This document shows, in pieces, positions 34,276-37,357 of a DNA stretch of 37,357 nucleotides (positions are counted from its first letter, which is position 1; each line of letters begins with the position of its first letter). The translations under genes were made by a program, and so were the position numbers. A model generated the notes under the pieces. The model made no database searches, had not been told where the DNA came from, and worked only from the letters and a program-made list of their open reading frames with translations. Source of the DNA: Gammaproteobacteria bacterium (GTDB lineage: Bacteria > Pseudomonadota > Gammaproteobacteria > Steroidobacterales > Steroidobacteraceae); contig JASHTA010000490.1 of assembly GCA_030040795.1 (NCBI GenBank), forward strand, positions 1 to 37,357, read 5' to 3'.

Positions 34276-35055
34276 TCAGTCGCCCGCGCGAACGTGATTC
34301 GGGTTTGCCGTTCGATGCCGCACGTAAGCGGATGGATTGATTCCGGCGAAGGCCCGGAAGTCGTGGATGAAATGAGCCTGATCGAAATATCCGCATCCGA
34401 GCGCGGTGTCGGCCCAGTCGACATCGCCTGCGCGTCCGATCGCGTCGATCGCGCGCCGAAAGCGCGAGATGCGGCAGAAGAGCTTCGGGGGCACGCCGAC
34501 CTGGTCACGGAATAGGGCGATGAAGCGCCGCGCGCCCAAGCCGGTTTGATCCACGACCGTGGCGATCCTCGGTACGTTCGCCGAGCCCTCGAATCGCCGG
34601 ACGGAGTGGGCGACCGCCGGATGCGGTTCCGCCGCCCCACCCAATCGGCCTATCAGAAACCGCTCGAGAACGCCGAGTCGTAGCGGCGCGTCGCCCGCTT
34701 CGAGCAGCTGTTCGCGCAGAAGCTGCGCGTCGCGTCCCCAGATCGCATCGAGCGGAACGCTCAAGTCCTGGAGCTCGCCCGCCGGCATCTTGAAGAATGG
34801 GAATCCGCCGCCCGGCCGGAAGCGGACACCGACGACGCTCAGCGGGCGCGAGGTGTCGAGGACAGTGGGGGCGGACTGTACGCCAGAGACGACATCGCTC
34901 ATCCGCCGGGAATCATTGAGGCTGACGACGAGATCCATGCGGCCTGTTGGAAGGATCCGTTCCGACGCATGGGGCTGGATGTAATCTTCCGAAAGCCACA
35001 GGAAGTCCACGAACTTCGCGAGTGGCGGGCAGGGTGCGCGATGAGCATGCGCCAT
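34276..35055 (-). CDS. AraC-family transcriptional regulator
   Basis: ATG at 35055 gives MAHAHRAPCPPLAKFVDFLWLSEDY. The C-terminal double HTH is RRFIALFRDQVGVPPKLFCRISRFRRAI...DWADTALGCGYFDQAHFIHDFRAFAGINPSAY. Confidence 0.85.
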   Translation of the reverse strand: MAHAHRAPCPPLAKFVDFLWLSEDYIQPHASERILPTGRMDLVVSLNDSRRMSDVVSGVQSAPTVLDTSRPLSVVGVRFRPGGGFPFFKMPAGELQDLSVPLDAIWGRDAQLLREQLLEAGDAPLRLGVLERFLIGRLGGAAEPHPAVAHSVRRFEGSANVPRIATVVDQTGLGARRFIALFRDQVGVPPKLFCRISRFRRAIDAIGRAGDVDWADTALGCGYFDQAHFIHDFRAFAGINPSAYVRHRTANPNHVRAGD

Positions 35056-35101
35056 GCGGGCGAGTGTACGGGTAGGTCCTCCAGCTCGCAAACGCCGGTG
35101 A

Positions 35102-35497
35102 CTATGCCTGGACGGAATCGTGCTGCTTGATGAGCTTTGCCGGCGCGACGAATCGCCACGCGCGCTCGGTCACATCCGTCAGCAAGTCTCGAGAGGCTTT
35201 CTCGATTCGCACGAGGATCCACGGATAGTTGAGGTAATGGTCTGTCACGAAGAACACATCCGACCGCGCCTGGAGCAGGATCTGCCGATCAAGAAAGTCG
35301 CTCCGGATGGCGAGCGCGCCCTCGGCTTCCGTGCGCCAGCGCGACAGAAGCTTTCCGCAGACTCTGACCGATGGCGTGTTCCAAACTTTGATGGCGCGAT
35401 GCCACGCCGAGCCGGGGCGAGGAGAAGCCTCCGTGCCCGGCAAGGCGAGAGCGATCTTGAGATAGCGCTCGTAGCTCCTCGCCAACGCCGCCGGCAT
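35102..35497 (-). CDS. MmcQ/YjbR-like protein (putative DNA-binding; assignment tentative)
   Basis: MPAALARSYERYLKIALALPGTEAS...AIKVWNTPSVRVCGKLLSRW...FFVTDHYLNYPWILVRIEKASRDLLTDVTERAWRFVAPAKL resembles the family pattern as I remember it (ALaLPg.ee, F.v.gK.FA, phY.gypwvlvrL, l.el...aw). In-frame ATG 35539 is the alternative start. Confidence 0.45.
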   Translation of the reverse strand: MPAALARSYERYLKIALALPGTEASPRPGSAWHRAIKVWNTPSVRVCGKLLSRWRTEAEGALAIRSDFLDRQILLQARSDVFFVTDHYLNYPWILVRIEKASRDLLTDVTERAWRFVAPAKLIKQHDSVQA

Positions 35498-35586
35498 TGC
35501 GCCGCCGTCGCGTGTCGCGCGCTTGCTTGTGGACCGCATGGCGCGCGGCGAAGGATTCAAGGGGGCCAGTCGTTGCCGGCGGCCGC

Positions 35587-36849
35587 TCAATCTGCCGGCT
35601 CGATCCTGAGCAGCGCACCATCGTCCTCGTCCGTTACGACGTAGAGCAAGCCGTCGTATCCTTGGCGGACATCGCGCATGCGCAGATGCAGCTGCGTGAA
35701 GAGCATCTCACGACGCAGCTCGCCCATGCTCGCATTCAGTACGACGCGCTCCAGCCCACCGGTGCCTGGAATCTCGCCCCAGCGGGCGCTCGTCACGAAC
35801 AGATTATTCTTCCAGGCCGGAAAGCGATTGCCTGTATAGACGACAAGATTGCCCGGAGCGATCGACGGAGTCCAGACGATGAGCGGAGGCTCGGTTCCCG
35901 GCGTGACCGGCAGGTTTGAAATGACCGACCCGTCGTAGTTGCGCCCGAAGCTGACGCTCGGCCAGCCGTAGTTGCGCCCGGGGAGGATCACATTGATCTT
36001 ATCGCCGCCGTTCGGGCCTTCCTCGGTGTCGAGCACCGCGCCGTTCAAGGGATCCACGATCAGACCGAGCTGGTCTCGATGTCCGTAGGAGAAGATCTCG
36101 GGCCGGGCGCCGGCACGTCCGACGAAGGGATTGCCGAGCGGGACCGTACCGTCGTCGCGCAGGCGGAGCACCTTCCCGTAGACGCTGTTGAGATGCTGGG
36201 CGCTGTCGTCGAAGGGCGCACCCGTCGTGATGTAGACCATCCCGTTTCGATCGAAAGCAATGCGCGAGCCGCCGGCGTATCCGGATTCCCGCGCGGAGAA
36301 CACTGTCTTGACGTGCGTGAGCGTGTGCCCCGAGAGCGTGCCGCGCATCAGCGTCACGATGCCCTGCCTGGACGCGGGCCGATTTCCGACCGCCGGCGCC
36401 AGCTTCCCGGGCTCGTTGAACGTGAAATACACGAGATGGTTCTGCGCGAACTGCGGATGCAGGGCCACGTCCTGCAGCCCGCCGTTACGGAAGGCGGGCA
36501 CGACCGGCGGAATGCCCGCGATGGGAGCCGGATCGAGAGCGGCGGACTTGCCGTCTTTGCCCGTCACCTCGTGGACGATTCGCAGTGCCCGGCTGCGCTC
36601 GGATACCAGTGCATCGCCATTCGGCAGCAATGCGAGACCGAAGGGATGCTTGAGGCCCGTGACGACGACGACCACGCGAACCTTGTGCTGCTCCGCCGTA
36701 TCGAAGACGTAGGAGCTCTGGGTCAGCGCGACGGGTGCGAAGCCCATTTTCGGCTGCTGAGCGCGGGCTCCGCTCGGCCACCACACGGCCGCCGCTGCGG
36801 CGAGACTCACCGATATGGATACGATCCCCTGCGCGCGCGGCATGGCCAT
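35587..36849 (-). CDS. PQQ-dependent sugar dehydrogenase (soluble glucose/sorbosone dehydrogenase family), exported
   Basis: The signal peptide is MAMPRAQGIVSISVSLAAAAAVWWPSGARA. Other motifs are LKHPFGLALLPNGDALVSER, FSYGHRDQLGLIVDP, GPNGGDKINVILPGRNYGWP and LRMRDVRQGYDGLLYVVTDE. Confidence 0.88.
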   Translation of the reverse strand: MAMPRAQGIVSISVSLAAAAAVWWPSGARAQQPKMGFAPVALTQSSYVFDTAEQHKVRVVVVVTGLKHPFGLALLPNGDALVSERSRALRIVHEVTGKDGKSAALDPAPIAGIPPVVPAFRNGGLQDVALHPQFAQNHLVYFTFNEPGKLAPAVGNRPASRQGIVTLMRGTLSGHTLTHVKTVFSARESGYAGGSRIAFDRNGMVYITTGAPFDDSAQHLNSVYGKVLRLRDDGTVPLGNPFVGRAGARPEIFSYGHRDQLGLIVDPLNGAVLDTEEGPNGGDKINVILPGRNYGWPSVSFGRNYDGSVISNLPVTPGTEPPLIVWTPSIAPGNLVVYTGNRFPAWKNNLFVTSARWGEIPGTGGLERVVLNASMGELRREMLFTQLHLRMRDVRQGYDGLLYVVTDEDDGALLRIEPAD

Positions 36850-37357
36850 CCCCCGGCTGTTCGTATTCTGGCCGCTATCTTATCTCACTCGTGGCCGTGG
36901 CACCGTGCGCCGTTCGATGTGGATCGATCTCCGGCCGGGACATTAACTAAGGCCGCGAGTCACTCCGAATCGGCGTCACCTCGAACCGATAGGGACGCGG
37001 TCCAGCGGAGGGGTGATCCGGGCTACTCACCTCGAGATCTGCAACATGACAGACTCGGCCGCGCCGGCGCGCGGCACCAGCGCCACGCTCAATGCCCCCA
37101 GGACTATGGCAGCCACACTCGATGCCGCGGCCATCGGCACCCAGCGTACACCTCGCGTCGATTTCTGCGACGACCTGTCCCTCCAGGCATACGGTGAGTT
37201 TCACCGTCCGCTCCGACGACGCTTGGACGTGGTGTGCGCTGCGATGATCTCGGAAAGGGAAACGTGTGGCGGCCCACGACCGGCGGGCTTGCGGCCGTTC
37301 CAGGGAGCAACGCCAGTCCGTAGCCGCACGCCGAGAAAGCCCAAGGCGCGCAGCACC

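Noticed and set aside
36905-36995. GTTCGA-containing stretches that could hint at a tRNA T-loop
   Set aside because: The flanking bases do not form a T-stem or an acceptor stem on either strand, so no cloverleaf can be drawn.
36079-37197. 372-aa plus-strand ORF
   Set aside because: It is mostly antisense to the PQQ sugar dehydrogenase gene, with no motifs.
36850-37357. Right-hand 0.5 kb. An open plus-strand frame from ATG 37046 runs off the window (MTDSAAPARGTSATLNAPRT...), and there are two short minus-strand ORFs (36947-37204, 37104-37310)
   Set aside because: None of the translations matches anything I recognise. The plus-strand frame has the best third-position GC bias by eye, but this is insufficient to call a gene, so the region is left unannotated.

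Overview
GC-rich, densely coding bacterial chromosomal window. NodT-type outer-membrane lipoprotein, lipoboxes and periplasmic PQQ enzymes suggest a Gram-negative, probably proteobacterial, organism. I found no rRNA, tRNA, CRISPR array, transposase or integrase. About 1-23.9 kb is a tightly packed stress-survival island. It holds three universal stress protein genes (four USP domains), two paralogous BON-domain proteins, a ribosome hibernation factor (HPF/RaiA family), a groEL with no groES, an accessory ftsH and a CBS-domain protein. It also holds a Host_attach-family protein, glycolytic/fermentative enzymes (6-phosphofructokinase, PEP synthase, Zn alcohol dehydrogenase), a Pat-type protein acetyltransferase, an AMP-forming acyl-CoA ligase, and a DevCAB-like ABC exporter with its own outer-membrane factor. 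Several of these genes are translationally coupled by ATGA/GTGA overlaps, and a CGTA-centred motif recurs upstream of several operons. This gene content resembles hypoxia/dormancy regulons such as the Burkholderia cenocepacia lxa locus and the mycobacterial DosR regulon, but this arrangement is the main candidate for an uncharacterised system. About 24-37 kb is ordinary accessory metabolism: VOC proteins, a decayed phosphotransferase pseudogene, an exported GH3 / SnoaL-like / PQQ-cytochrome c dehydrogenase / SGNH hydrolase cluster, an ECF sigma/anti-sigma operon, an AraC regulator and a PQQ sugar dehydrogenase. Many long ORFs in the six-frame track are antisense or out-of-frame artefacts of the high GC content and were rejected. 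All calls rest on reading the translated motifs. No database search was possible.
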